A stretch of DNA of 64,000 nt from assembly GCA_003522085.1 (NCBI GenBank), contig DPGI01000004.1, forward strand, positions 11,082 through 75,081. The letters are read 5' to 3'. Below, piece after piece: positions 48,211 through 57,700 of this stretch. How positions within the stretch are numbered: the first letter of the stretch is position 1; every line of letters begins with the position of its first letter. The notes under the pieces were generated by a model, which was not told where the DNA came from, did no database searches, and saw only the letters and a list, made by a program, of their open reading frames with translations. The translations under genes and the position numbers were made by a program. This DNA is from Clostridiales bacterium. GTDB taxonomy: Bacteria; Bacillota; Clostridia; Christensenellales; UBA1242.

Positions 48211-48239
48211 ATTATATCATATTTTCGCAAAAATCAAAA
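48211..48239 (-). promoter_or_regulatory. Extended -10 promoter placed for a leaderless fba transcript
   Basis: The minus strand reads TTTTGA, a 17-nt spacer ending TGa, TATAAT (48216-48211), then TTGTCAT and ATG (48203). The start codon begins 8 nt after the -10 hexamer and there is no RBS. Confidence 0.45.
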
Positions 48240-48265
48240 CATATGTTGTTTATGGGAGAGAAAAT

Positions 48266-48940
48266 ATGAAAAATAAATTTTTATTCGCACTTGCATTTAT
48301 TTCGGCGTGTGTGGGTATGACGGGTTGCGCGCAATATGACGAACTCAGCCTTGTTGGCAAAAATATGTCAGAAATGAGCGATGTTTATTATTTTTCGGAC
48401 AATTCGCAATTTAGTGTTTCGCTTTGTTCTGGCAAAAGGGAAGACCCATATGCCTATGATGGTTACAGCCAAAACAAAGTTGATTTTGCGTTGATAACTG
48501 CACAACTTGATTCGTGTGATGACGAAATGGCGTGTGTTGTAATTGATGGACAAGAGCAAAATGTGCTGCTTGAATTTAATTATAAAACCGCCAACCATGT
48601 CGCCGACTTAGAAAGAAAATTAACAGGCAATGAGCAAATTTTTATAAAAGTTGGTCAAAAAAGTGCAAATTTAGTGTGCAAAAGCGCAGATTTCGGAGTT
48701 TCGGCACAACAAGCAATTAAACTTGGAGTAGAAACAATGCAGGAATTTATCACTCCGCTTTGCAATCAGGACAAGTTTAATGGCGAATGTTATTTGAAGG
48801 TGCTTGACAGTTTGACGGGCGGGTTCAACGAAGTGTTTTGGCTGTTTAGTGTGCTTGATAGAAATGGGCACGTTGAAAATATAGTAATTTCAACAAATCA
48901 GCCAATTGTGCTTGCAGACGGAAATGAAAGTATGATATAA
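48266..48940 (+). CDS. Lipoprotein (224 aa), function unknown
   Basis: ATG 48266 follows GGGAGAG. The signal peptide MKNKFLFALAFISACVGMTGC|AQ carries a lipobox. The upstream part of track ORF 48143-48940 overlaps the fba 5' end. Confidence 0.6.
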   Translation: MKNKFLFALAFISACVGMTGCAQYDELSLVGKNMSEMSDVYYFSDNSQFSVSLCSGKREDPYAYDGYSQNKVDFALITAQLDSCDDEMACVVIDGQEQNVLLEFNYKTANHVADLERKLTGNEQIFIKVGQKSANLVCKSADFGVSAQQAIKLGVETMQEFITPLCNQDKFNGECYLKVLDSLTGGFNEVFWLFSVLDRNGHVENIVISTNQPIVLADGNESMI

Positions 48941-48947
48941 TTTTCGT

Positions 48948-50045
48948 GTGAAAACATATTCGACCGCCGAGGAAAAAGAGAAAGCGCTGCTTGTTGTGGT
49001 GCTTACTAAAAAAGGCGAAAGTAAAAACCGAAAAACTGACGAAATTACGCGTTTGGCACTTTCTACCGACCTTGAAGTGGAAGGTGTTTTTTCGCAGAAC
49101 GTTAAAGATTTCAACCGCGCAACCGTAATAGGCAGCGGCAAGGTTGACGAAATCGCCGAATATTTAAAACAGCATCCTGTTGATGTCGTTGTGGTTGATT
49201 ATAAACTCACAGGTTCACAAATTAAAAACCTTTCAAAAGAGTTTGATACAAGAGTGATTGATAGGGTTGGGCTTATTCTTGATATTTTCGCGCGCGGGGC
49301 AAAAACAAATGAAGCAAAGTTGCAGGTTCGACTTGCACAAAATCTTTACAATTTGCCTAAACTTGCAGACATGCAAGGAACAAGCGGACGATTCGGAAAT
49401 GGCGGGGTCGGAATGCGTGGGCCCGGCGAAACAAAACTTGAATTAAACAGGCGGTTGCTTGAAAAAGAAATTGACATGCTGAAAAAAGAAATCGCAAAAA
49501 TAAAAGAGCGCAGGCAAGTCAATCGCCGCGAACGTGAAAAAAATCGCATAAAGCGCATTGCACTTGTTGGGTATACAAACGCAGGGAAAAGCAGTTTATT
49601 GAATGCGCTGACTCGCGAAAATATTTACGCGGACGATAAATATTTTGCAACGCTTGACACGACAAGCAGAAAACTTTATTTGGATGGCGAAACGGTTATG
49701 ATTACCGATACTGTAGGTTTTATTTCAGAATTGCCACACGAACTTGTCGACGCATTTGCTTCGACGCTTGAAGAAGCAAAAGATGCTGATCTTATCCTTC
49801 ACGTTGTAGACCCAACAGCAACGTCGCTGACGGACGATAAGGAAAAGTATTACATCGAATCGATGCGCGTGACAAACAAAGTGCTTGATGATATCGGTGC
49901 AACGCAAAACAGATTGGTCGTTTACAACAAAATAGACTTAATAAATGACGAGTTTGAATTAAAAGCAAACGAAATTGCCGTTTCTGCAACAAAAAAGATT
50001 GGGCTTGACCAATTAAAAATAAAAATTAAGGAGATGTTAGTATGA
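48948..50045 (+). CDS. hflX: GTPase HflX
   Basis: HflX N-domain (LILDIFARGAKTNEAKLQVRLAQ), G-domain motifs (GYTNAGKSSLLN, DTVGF, NKID). The start is GTG. Confidence 0.9.
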   Translation: MKTYSTAEEKEKALLVVVLTKKGESKNRKTDEITRLALSTDLEVEGVFSQNVKDFNRATVIGSGKVDEIAEYLKQHPVDVVVVDYKLTGSQIKNLSKEFDTRVIDRVGLILDIFARGAKTNEAKLQVRLAQNLYNLPKLADMQGTSGRFGNGGVGMRGPGETKLELNRRLLEKEIDMLKKEIAKIKERRQVNRREREKNRIKRIALVGYTNAGKSSLLNALTRENIYADDKYFATLDTTSRKLYLDGETVMITDTVGFISELPHELVDAFASTLEEAKDADLILHVVDPTATSLTDDKEKYYIESMRVTNKVLDDIGATQNRLVVYNKIDLINDEFELKANEIAVSATKKIGLDQLKIKIKEMLV

Positions 50046-50839
50046 TAAATAAAATAATTCACTATATGTGGTTTGGCGGAAAGGAAATGCCGGACGATTT
50101 AAAAAAGAACCTTGCTTCTTGGAAGAAGTATTGCCCAGACTTTGAATTTATGTGCTGGGATGAAAGCAATTTTGATGTTAACATGTGCGATTTTACAAGA
50201 CAAACATTCGAAACCAAAAAATTTGGCTTTTTGTCGGACTACGTAAGACTTTATGCTTTAAAAAAGTATGGCGGAATTTATCTCGACCTTGACATTGAAA
50301 TGCTTAAACCTATCGATGACCTTCTTGAAAACGACAGTTTTATTGGGTTTGAAAACAAATATTGGTGCGGTTCAACACCTATCGGCGGACAAGGTGAATG
50401 GATTGACGATTTGCTTGAAATCTATAGCAAGCGTGATTTTATTGTGAATGGGAAAATGCAAATGATTCCGGCTCCTGTTATTTTTACTGATGTTCTTGTT
50501 AAAAAATATGGACTTGTTCAAAACAACACTCTTCAAAAATTCGGTGGGCTTACTGTTTATCCTGATGACTATCTCAGCCCTAAAAATTTCTGGACTGGTG
50601 AAATTAAGACTACTGAAAACTCATATTTTATTCATTACTATGCTGCGTCTTGGTTTGGAGCAAAAGACAAGATTGCAAATTTCTTTGGACATATGTTGAA
50701 AGGAATTATCGGCAATAAAAATTATAACAATCTTATTGAGAAAGCATCACTTAATGACGGCAAAAAGAAAATGAAGGCTTTAAACAAAGCGTTGAAAAAG
50801 AAAGAAGAACGCTTGAAAAAACAAGCGCTTAAAAATTAA
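50042..50839 (+). CDS. GT32-family glycosyltransferase (DXD sugar-binding region type)
   Basis: IIHYMWFGG...P, SDYVRLYALKKYGGIYLDLDIE (DXD). ATGA overlap with the hflX stop. It has a basic C-terminal tail. Confidence 0.7.
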   Translation: MINKIIHYMWFGGKEMPDDLKKNLASWKKYCPDFEFMCWDESNFDVNMCDFTRQTFETKKFGFLSDYVRLYALKKYGGIYLDLDIEMLKPIDDLLENDSFIGFENKYWCGSTPIGGQGEWIDDLLEIYSKRDFIVNGKMQMIPAPVIFTDVLVKKYGLVQNNTLQKFGGLTVYPDDYLSPKNFWTGEIKTTENSYFIHYYAASWFGAKDKIANFFGHMLKGIIGNKNYNNLIEKASLNDGKKKMKALNKALKKKEERLKKQALKN

Positions 50840-50847
50840 ATAGTATT

Positions 50848-50880
50848 AAAAAAAGCGGAACATTTGTTCCGTTTTTTTTG
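50848..50880. terminator. Bidirectional intrinsic terminator
   Basis: A-run, stem CGGAAC (50856-50861), loop ATTT, stem GTTCCG (50866-50871), then T8. Confidence 0.75.
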
Positions 50881-50891
50881 TGCGTTTTAAA

Positions 50892-51116
50892 TTATTTGAA
50901 TGCTTTGTTTGCGTTGAGTTTTTTTACTAAGAAATCAACATCAATGCCGTGAACTTCGGCGGCTTCTTCCAAAGTTTCCATTTGACTCATAGGGCAGTAG
51001 ATGCAGTGCATTCCAAAACCGAGTAAAACTTCAGCAAGGGTTTCGTCCATTTCAAGAATGTCTTTTATGGTCATATCTTTTGTGATTTGTGTAATTTCTT
51101 TTTTCTGTTTTTTCAT
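50892..51116 (-). CDS. DUF1858 protein (hybrid-cluster-protein-associated redox disulfide domain family)
   Basis: 74 aa. TIKDILEMDETLAEVLLGFGMHCIYCPMSQMETLEEAAEVHGID is the typical DUF1858 pattern with a C..C pair. Confidence 0.7.
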   Translation of the reverse strand: MKKQKKEITQITKDMTIKDILEMDETLAEVLLGFGMHCIYCPMSQMETLEEAAEVHGIDVDFLVKKLNANKAFK

Positions 51117-51267
51117 AATATTTGCTTCCTTTTTTACGGAAATAAATAATACATAAAAAAGTGTAAATTGTCAAATAATTGCAATAAAAATATGTTATTT
51201 TTTGCAATTTTTTGTCTTTTTTTTGTAATTATTCATAATTTAATTATTTTTTAAATAATTTTGTGGT

Positions 51268-51942
51268 ATGGAAAAATTATCAGATTTAATTTCAAAAAAA
51301 ATATTTTCTTTTGCCCAAGGCCGCAAAATTGGCTATGTGTTAAACGTTAAGTTTGACAATGCTTTTAACATTGATAAAATTATTGTGGCAAGCGAAGAAG
51401 ATGAAAAAGAACTTGAACTTTCCGCCGATCGCATTCGAATAAGCGGCGACAATATTTTTATTGAAAACGAAAACGCGATTGTGCCTGCAACCTCACAAGT
51501 GTTCAGTATTATTGGCAAACAAGTTTTTACAAATCGCGGAATAGACTTGGGAAGGGTTATAGATGTTTATTTATCTAACAAAAAAGCCGTTTGCGTCATA
51601 TCTGATAAGTTGGCGTTTTCACCAAGACAAATTGGGGTGATTGGACAAGATGCTATAATCTTAGGTAAGGTGAATGCCACAGCAAGGCAAGTTAATGTTT
51701 TTGCTCCAAAAGGGGAAGAAGAGTATGTTTCGATTATGCCAATTCAGCAAAAGATAGAGCCGCAAATCCCACAGCGCGTGAGCATGGATTCGCGAAGTTT
51801 AATTGGCAAAATGGCAACAAAAGATATTTTTGGGTTAAATAATGAATTAATTATTAAAAAATATGAAATAATTACTCAAAAAAAATTAAATGAAATAAAA
51901 AAACACAATAAATTAAATATATTATTTTATAATTGCAAATAG
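51268..51942 (+). CDS. Protein with two PRC-barrel-like segments (224 aa)
   Basis: Two segments of the form L.GK.V......G..lG.V.dv... (FSFAQGRKIGYVLNVKFD and IIGKQVFTNRGIDLGRVIDVYL). This is pattern-level recognition only. Confidence 0.4.
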   Translation: MEKLSDLISKKIFSFAQGRKIGYVLNVKFDNAFNIDKIIVASEEDEKELELSADRIRISGDNIFIENENAIVPATSQVFSIIGKQVFTNRGIDLGRVIDVYLSNKKAVCVISDKLAFSPRQIGVIGQDAIILGKVNATARQVNVFAPKGEEEYVSIMPIQQKIEPQIPQRVSMDSRSLIGKMATKDIFGLNNELIIKKYEIITQKKLNEIKKHNKLNILFYNCK

Positions 51943-51953
51943 GGTTAAATCGT

Positions 51954-51983
51954 TTGTATTTTTGAGTGCGTTTGTAGTAAAAT
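51954..51983 (+). promoter_or_regulatory. Possible promoter of the ATPase and giant 2 operon
   Basis: TTGTAT (51954-51959), 18-nt spacer, TAAAAT (51978-51983). The match is weak. Confidence 0.3.
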
Positions 51984-52004
51984 ATTTACAAGGAGAATTT
52001 TATT

Positions 52005-54728
52005 ATGCAACGCATTATTCCTAGAAAGACGAAAGTCAAACTTGAATTTATTCGCGGTATTACCGGAATCGACTTAATCCTTGGTGTCATTGGTGCAGCA
52101 ATCGCTGTTGTTTTGTTTGCGTCAAACTTTCCTGGCCACTTTTGGATAGCCGGTGTTTACACAATATTTTTCTTGTCTATCTTCATAAAGATTTCAGAAG
52201 ACGAAAGACTGTATGTGACGTGTGCTTACTTGTTCCGATTTATGGCACAAAAGAAAAAGTTTTCTGTTGACAGCAAAAAAGGGAAAAAGGGCGACATCAG
52301 CGAGATGATTCCTTTTGAAGACATCTATCAAGACAGATTTATCAACTTTGGCTCTTATTATGGACAAGTCATTGAAATTACCCCTGTGCTTTTTGGCTTG
52401 CTTACTGAATACACCCAAGACAACGTTATCGAAAGCTTTGCCAATGCGCTGCGTCGTTTAAGTCCTGACCAAACATGTTCGATCATCAAACTCAACCTTG
52501 CTATGGTGCTGGACAATTACATATACAATGAAAATAAAAAATACGAACTTTTGCTTGAAATGCAATATGAGCATCAAGTGACTGACAAAGAAGTTGAAGC
52601 AAGAAGCCCTGTTTTTGAAGAAAGAGTTTCATTTATGGAAAACTTAAACAGAAAAGACAAGGTTTACAAAGATCACTTCTACGTTGTAGTTTACGACAAA
52701 GATAAAGACTTGCTTGAAAACACTGTAAACGGAATGATCAATGCTTTGGCGTCATCTCTTGCCCCAGTAAGTTCAAAAAGACTTTATGGAACAGACCTTA
52801 CAGTTTTCTTAAAAGCAAACTACGGCCGTGAATTTGACCAAAGAGATTTGGAAAGCCTTCCATTCTCACAATATATGGATTGGGCAAAACCTAAAAAAGT
52901 TCAATTCAAAGCGGCTAAATATTTGATCGACGACAACGCGTTTAGAACATATGCAATCACCGACTATCCATTGAATGTTGGCAACGCATGGGGAGCAGAC
53001 ATATTCTTGCTTGACAGAACAAAAGTTGTTATGAAATTCAACCAAGTTCCAAAATACAATGCCGAACGTTCAATTGATAAAGCCATCATGGATATGGAAT
53101 CAAAACTTTACAAGACAGGACGTTCTTCAAGCCAAATCGAACTTCAAACTCACGTTGAAACTCTTAGAAACTTGCTTGTAAGTTTGAAAAACAACAACCA
53201 ACAACTTTATGATGTAAACACATTCATCACTTGCGAAGATGCTGCTAAACGTGATGTTAAGGCTATGCTTAAACAAAGTGGCTTTAAATTTAGTGAAATG
53301 TTTGCCCGTCAACAAGACGCATTCATCAGCTCAAACATCTCTCGCCGTGACAACATTAAATCATACCGCAGAGGTATTCCAACTTCTACTCTTGCTGCTG
53401 TGTTCCCATTTATTTCGAGCGCTCTTCAAGATGAAAGCGGAATTTATATCGGCGACAACGAATATCCAGTTTTTGTTGACTTCTTTAAACGTGACAGCGT
53501 TCGTGTCAACTCAAATATGATGGTTATTGGTAAGTCTGGTTCTGGTAAATCTTACGCAACCAAAACCTTGCTGGCAAACCTTGCCGCCGACAACTGCAAA
53601 ATCTTTATTCTCGACCCTGAAAAAGAATACGCATTGCTCACCGAATCACTGGGCGGCAAATATATCGACGTTGGTTCGTCATTGCATGGTATTTTAAACC
53701 CATTCCACGTTATTTCATCTCTCGATGAAGGAGAAGAAGAGCAACAAGATGATGACGAAGGCGAAATTGACCTTGAAACATTTCAAGTTAAAAAGAAGAA
53801 AAAGAAGGTTCAAGTTGTAAATGACTCATATTCGCAGCACTTGCAGTTCTTGGAACAATTCTTCCGTAGTATTTTGGAAGGTATTAGTTCGGACGCTTTC
53901 GAACTTTTGAACTCGCTTATCGTTGATACATATAAAAAGAAAGGAATTGACGAAAACACATATATTCCTGCCTTAAAGCCTGCAGACTTCCCAATATTTG
54001 ACGACCTTTACGCTTTAATTTTGGATAGAATTAAAACTTGCAAAGACGAGTTTACTCTTAGAAACTTGATGACGATTGAAACATATATCAAAAAGTTTGC
54101 TACTGGCGGACGTAACAGCAAGTTGTGGAACGGTCCTACATCAATCGAAACAAACGAAAACTTTGTTTGCTTTAACTTTCAATCGCTTATTGCAAACAAC
54201 AACGCGTTGCTGACAAACGCGCAGATGCTTTTGGTGTTTAGATACCTTAACAACGAAATCATCAACAACAAAGATTTCAACGCAAAATACCACAAAGGCG
54301 ACAAGAAAAACAACCGTAAAATTATTGTTGCCGTCGACGAAGCCCACGTGTTTATTAACCCACGTTATCCAATCGCGCTTGACTTTATGGCGCAAATGGC
54401 TAAACGTATCCGTAAATATTCGGGTATGCAAATCGTTATTACACAAAACATCGCCGACTTTGTTGGTAGTGAAGAAATTCAAAGACAATCAACAGCCGTT
54501 ATTAACGCCTGCCAATATTCACTTATATTCGCTTTGGCGCCAAACGATATCAACGACTTGGTTGAGCTTTATAAAAAATCAGGCGGAATCAACGAAGAAG
54601 AACAAAACGCTATCGTTACCGCAACTTTGGGTCAAGCATTCTTGATTACTGGCCCAACAAACAGAACCATGATTCAAGTTGTTGCTCAAGACTATATCAG
54701 AGCAATGTTCTCAAACCCTAACGAATAG
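52005..54728 (+). CDS. VirB4/TrsE/PrgJ-family type IV secretion-like ATPase with a fused N-terminal PrgI/VirB3-like two-TM segment
   Basis: The N-terminus has two TM helices (IDLILGVIGAAIAVVLFA and FWIAGVYTIFFLSIFI), as in PrgI/VirB3. Walker A is VIGKSGSGKSYATKTLL, followed by ILDPEKEY. Walker B is IIVAVDEAHVFI. AKRIRKYSGMQIVITQNIADF is the typical VirB4 C-terminal motif. An acidic/Lys insert (DEGEEEQQDDDEGEIDLETFQVKKKKKKV) sits between the Walker motifs. Confidence 0.8.
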   Translation: MQRIIPRKTKVKLEFIRGITGIDLILGVIGAAIAVVLFASNFPGHFWIAGVYTIFFLSIFIKISEDERLYVTCAYLFRFMAQKKKFSVDSKKGKKGDISEMIPFEDIYQDRFINFGSYYGQVIEITPVLFGLLTEYTQDNVIESFANALRRLSPDQTCSIIKLNLAMVLDNYIYNENKKYELLLEMQYEHQVTDKEVEARSPVFEERVSFMENLNRKDKVYKDHFYVVVYDKDKDLLENTVNGMINALASSLAPVSSKRLYGTDLTVFLKANYGREFDQRDLESLPFSQYMDWAKPKKVQFKAAKYLIDDNAFRTYAITDYPLNVGNAWGADIFLLDRTKVVMKFNQVPKYNAERSIDKAIMDMESKLYKTGRSSSQIELQTHVETLRNLLVSLKNNNQQLYDVNTFITCEDAAKRDVKAMLKQSGFKFSEMFARQQDAFISSNISRRDNIKSYRRGIPTSTLAAVFPFISSALQDESGIYIGDNEYPVFVDFFKRDSVRVNSNMMVIGKSGSGKSYATKTLLANLAADNCKIFILDPEKEYALLTESLGGKYIDVGSSLHGILNPFHVISSLDEGEEEQQDDDEGEIDLETFQVKKKKKKVQVVNDSYSQHLQFLEQFFRSILEGISSDAFELLNSLIVDTYKKKGIDENTYIPALKPADFPIFDDLYALILDRIKTCKDEFTLRNLMTIETYIKKFATGGRNSKLWNGPTSIETNENFVCFNFQSLIANNNALLTNAQMLLVFRYLNNEIINNKDFNAKYHKGDKKNNRKIIVAVDEAHVFINPRYPIALDFMAQMAKRIRKYSGMQIVITQNIADFVGSEEIQRQSTAVINACQYSLIFALAPNDINDLVELYKKSGGINEEEQNAIVTATLGQAFLITGPTNRTMIQVVAQDYIRAMFSNPNE

Positions 54729-54750
54729 TTTTAACTTTTGAAAGGAAAAA

Positions 54751-57700
54751 ATGGAAAGAGTAAGACGAAATATTAAAAAATTGATAAGTTGTTTATGCCT
54801 AGGAGTGATTATGTTGCTCTCAGGCCTCTTTTTTGTCGGTTGCGGCGAAAGCCCTGCTGATAAACTTACTCTTAACCCAGACAGGGAAGTGGTTGATGTT
54901 TATGCCGGCGAAAGTGAAAACATCACTTTCACAATTGGCAACTATACAAACGGCATTGACACTTCACTTAGTTTTACTCTTGTTGACAGCACAATTTCAT
55001 CAACCGAAAGTGAGCACGTTAAACTTGAAGTTGTCAATAAGGATGGCACAAAAACAACCGTTAAAGTAACAGGCAAAACTGGTGGCAAGACCACACTTGT
55101 TGCTTCGACAAATGAAGGAAACAAAAAAGCTAGCGTAATAATCAACGTAAAACAATATTCTTCTAAATTTGAACTTAAAAGAAACTCTTTAATTTACGTG
55201 TCAAAAACTACACCTTTTATTCCTAGTGAAAAACTTTTCAATTTCGACGACAATGCAACCGAACGTAAAGTTACATTTCACTTTACAGATGCGGTGAGCA
55301 AAGCCAACGACAACAACGCATTTGTAAAGGCGGAACTTGTTAAAGATGAAAACGATATTTATTCTGTAATCTTCTATCAAGAAGATGGATTTGCCGTTGT
55401 CCGCGACGAATACAAAAACATTTTAGAAGGAACTGGAATAAGCATTGTTGCAAAATATTACAACCCACAAACTAATGCAACCGAAAGTCAACAATTCAAT
55501 TTAACAGTGCTGTATGGATTCGAAGACGGAACGAAAATTGAAGCGTATGACGATGCCGGCGCAGTTGAAAAAATCGAACTTGTAACAAACGACGATGGTG
55601 ACGGGACTAACAACTGGAGAAGCAAAAATTTCAAAGTTAAAGTTCCTCACGTTGAAAATATTGAAGGAACGGAAAATGTAAAATTTGACGTTCAAAATGA
55701 TAAAAATGGCTTAATTTCTGTTCAAAAAGTTAAAAATTTGGACGAATCAACCGCAAATATTGATGTTTACGACTTTGAAATTGTAAGCACAGCAGTTGCT
55801 GCAAGCCAAACAACAATCAGACTTAGATTGTATTATGAAATTGACGGAATCAGTTATGTTGACAGCGGAGATTCTTCAGTTGAGCAACAAATTTCAATTC
55901 CGGTTTATGTAAAAATTGCACCTTCAAAAATAGTTGTAAATAATGTTGAACAAACATCAGCAGACAACCAATACGACTTTTATAACCACTATGATGGCGA
56001 ATTTGGCTGGAGAGAATTTAACATTGACGTTTATGCAACAGACAGCAGTTTTGAACACGTTTTAATGACATTCGACAATGATTTGATTGTCAAATATAAA
56101 AACAAAGTTTACACAGCAGGTGTTACAACTTATCAACTTAAAATTGATGATGTAAAACAAAAAGTTTATGTTCGTGGCGCGAGTGATGCCCCAGCGACAA
56201 CATCTCCAAAACAAATTAAATTTGAAGTAGTAAGTGATTACATTCGAAGCGAATGCTCGTATGTGTGCAACTACTCAATTTTGACGGGCGCGACTCGTCT
56301 TGAATATGACAACCCAAACACTGGATATGAATACAAACCAAATCAAGGCAACACTGGTGTTTTTGTGTCATCATCTTCAATCGAAGCAGTGTTTACACAC
56401 TTAATTACTGATAATGATTTTGGATATGCAACTGTTTCATATTATGATGGCCAAATAACAGCAGCAAGGGTTGTTTATGACGGCAAAGAAGAATATGCTG
56501 GCAGCGCTCTTGGAAAAATTGTAAAATTGAAAATTATTCCTCAAAAAGTTGGGGACGTTACATATAAAATCACACTTGATAACGGTGTTTCAAAGCTAGT
56601 TACATTCCGTGTGATTGATACTTTTGACAACTTTTCTGTAAACTTGGCGGGAACAGGCAATGACGGCGTTCAAAGTGCTGAAAAAGTGACCGCACCAGAA
56701 GAAGGCTACAACGACGAGATGAAACTCGTTATGCAAAACACCACAGAAAAAGACAGCGATGGCAACATCAAAATTGTTTATGACAAAAAAGCGAGCTTGA
56801 TTTTGGGGAGTTCAAATGGAAGCAGTGTTTTTTACTCAGTAACACATTCTATTTCAAACGTCGGAGTAGTTGCTGTTGAAGGATCAGACAAAACAAACTA
56901 TGTTGTGACAACTTCAAAATATGGGGAAGGCTACATTGACTTTAAAGCAGTGGGAATAAACATTGAAGACTTTAAAGTTTCTTCAATTACAAGACTTGCA
57001 AAAGTCAACTTTACAAGTTTTGTTCCAGTTTATTCATTGGACGTTTATGACACAAATAAAGATGGCGTAATCAATGCCAAAGCCAACAATATCTCACTTT
57101 ATGTTGGCAGCATGGTAAGTGATCCGGAGTTGCAAACTGCAAGACTCAGCATAAAAGTTGAGCCACAAGCGGACGCATATGGTTTTTACGATCCAACCAG
57201 CAGTGACGCAAGCACAAGCGTTATGCGCAATGAAAATTATAATGAAAGATATGTTTATTGGACAGTAAACGGTGCAAATGTTTACACTCTTAATAACGAG
57301 CCGGCGGACCTTGCAAGAATGATTTATGGACAAACTTATAAGATTGGTCCAGATGCAATAAATTATTTTGGGACATTTGATACAATTACAGGAACATTCC
57401 TTATAAATAAAGATATGAAAGCGACATTTACATTTACTATGTTTGCTTCAATCAGACAATACGGAAATTCTAAATATTTCTCAGTTACTATCAAAGGTGA
57501 GACATACGATTTTGTTGAAAGAGTTTACACAAACGTAAGCGCAAATGAATTGGTGTTTACTCCTTCTAAAAAGTCTTATGAAATTGGCGTTTATTTAAAT
57601 CCTGCCACTGCGACAAACACAGATGTTGTAGCAAAATTTATAAGCAATAATGCAGAAGAAAAAAATAAGCTGATCAATGAAGGTGAGATTGTTATCAAAG

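Noticed and set aside
52005-54728. Calling the region an ICE, conjugative element or prophage
   Set aside because: Only a VirB4-like ATPase is present. The window contains no relaxase, coupling protein, integrase, capsid or terminase genes, and no direct repeats flank the tRNA-Glu gene. The call stays open until the sequence downstream of giant 2 is seen.
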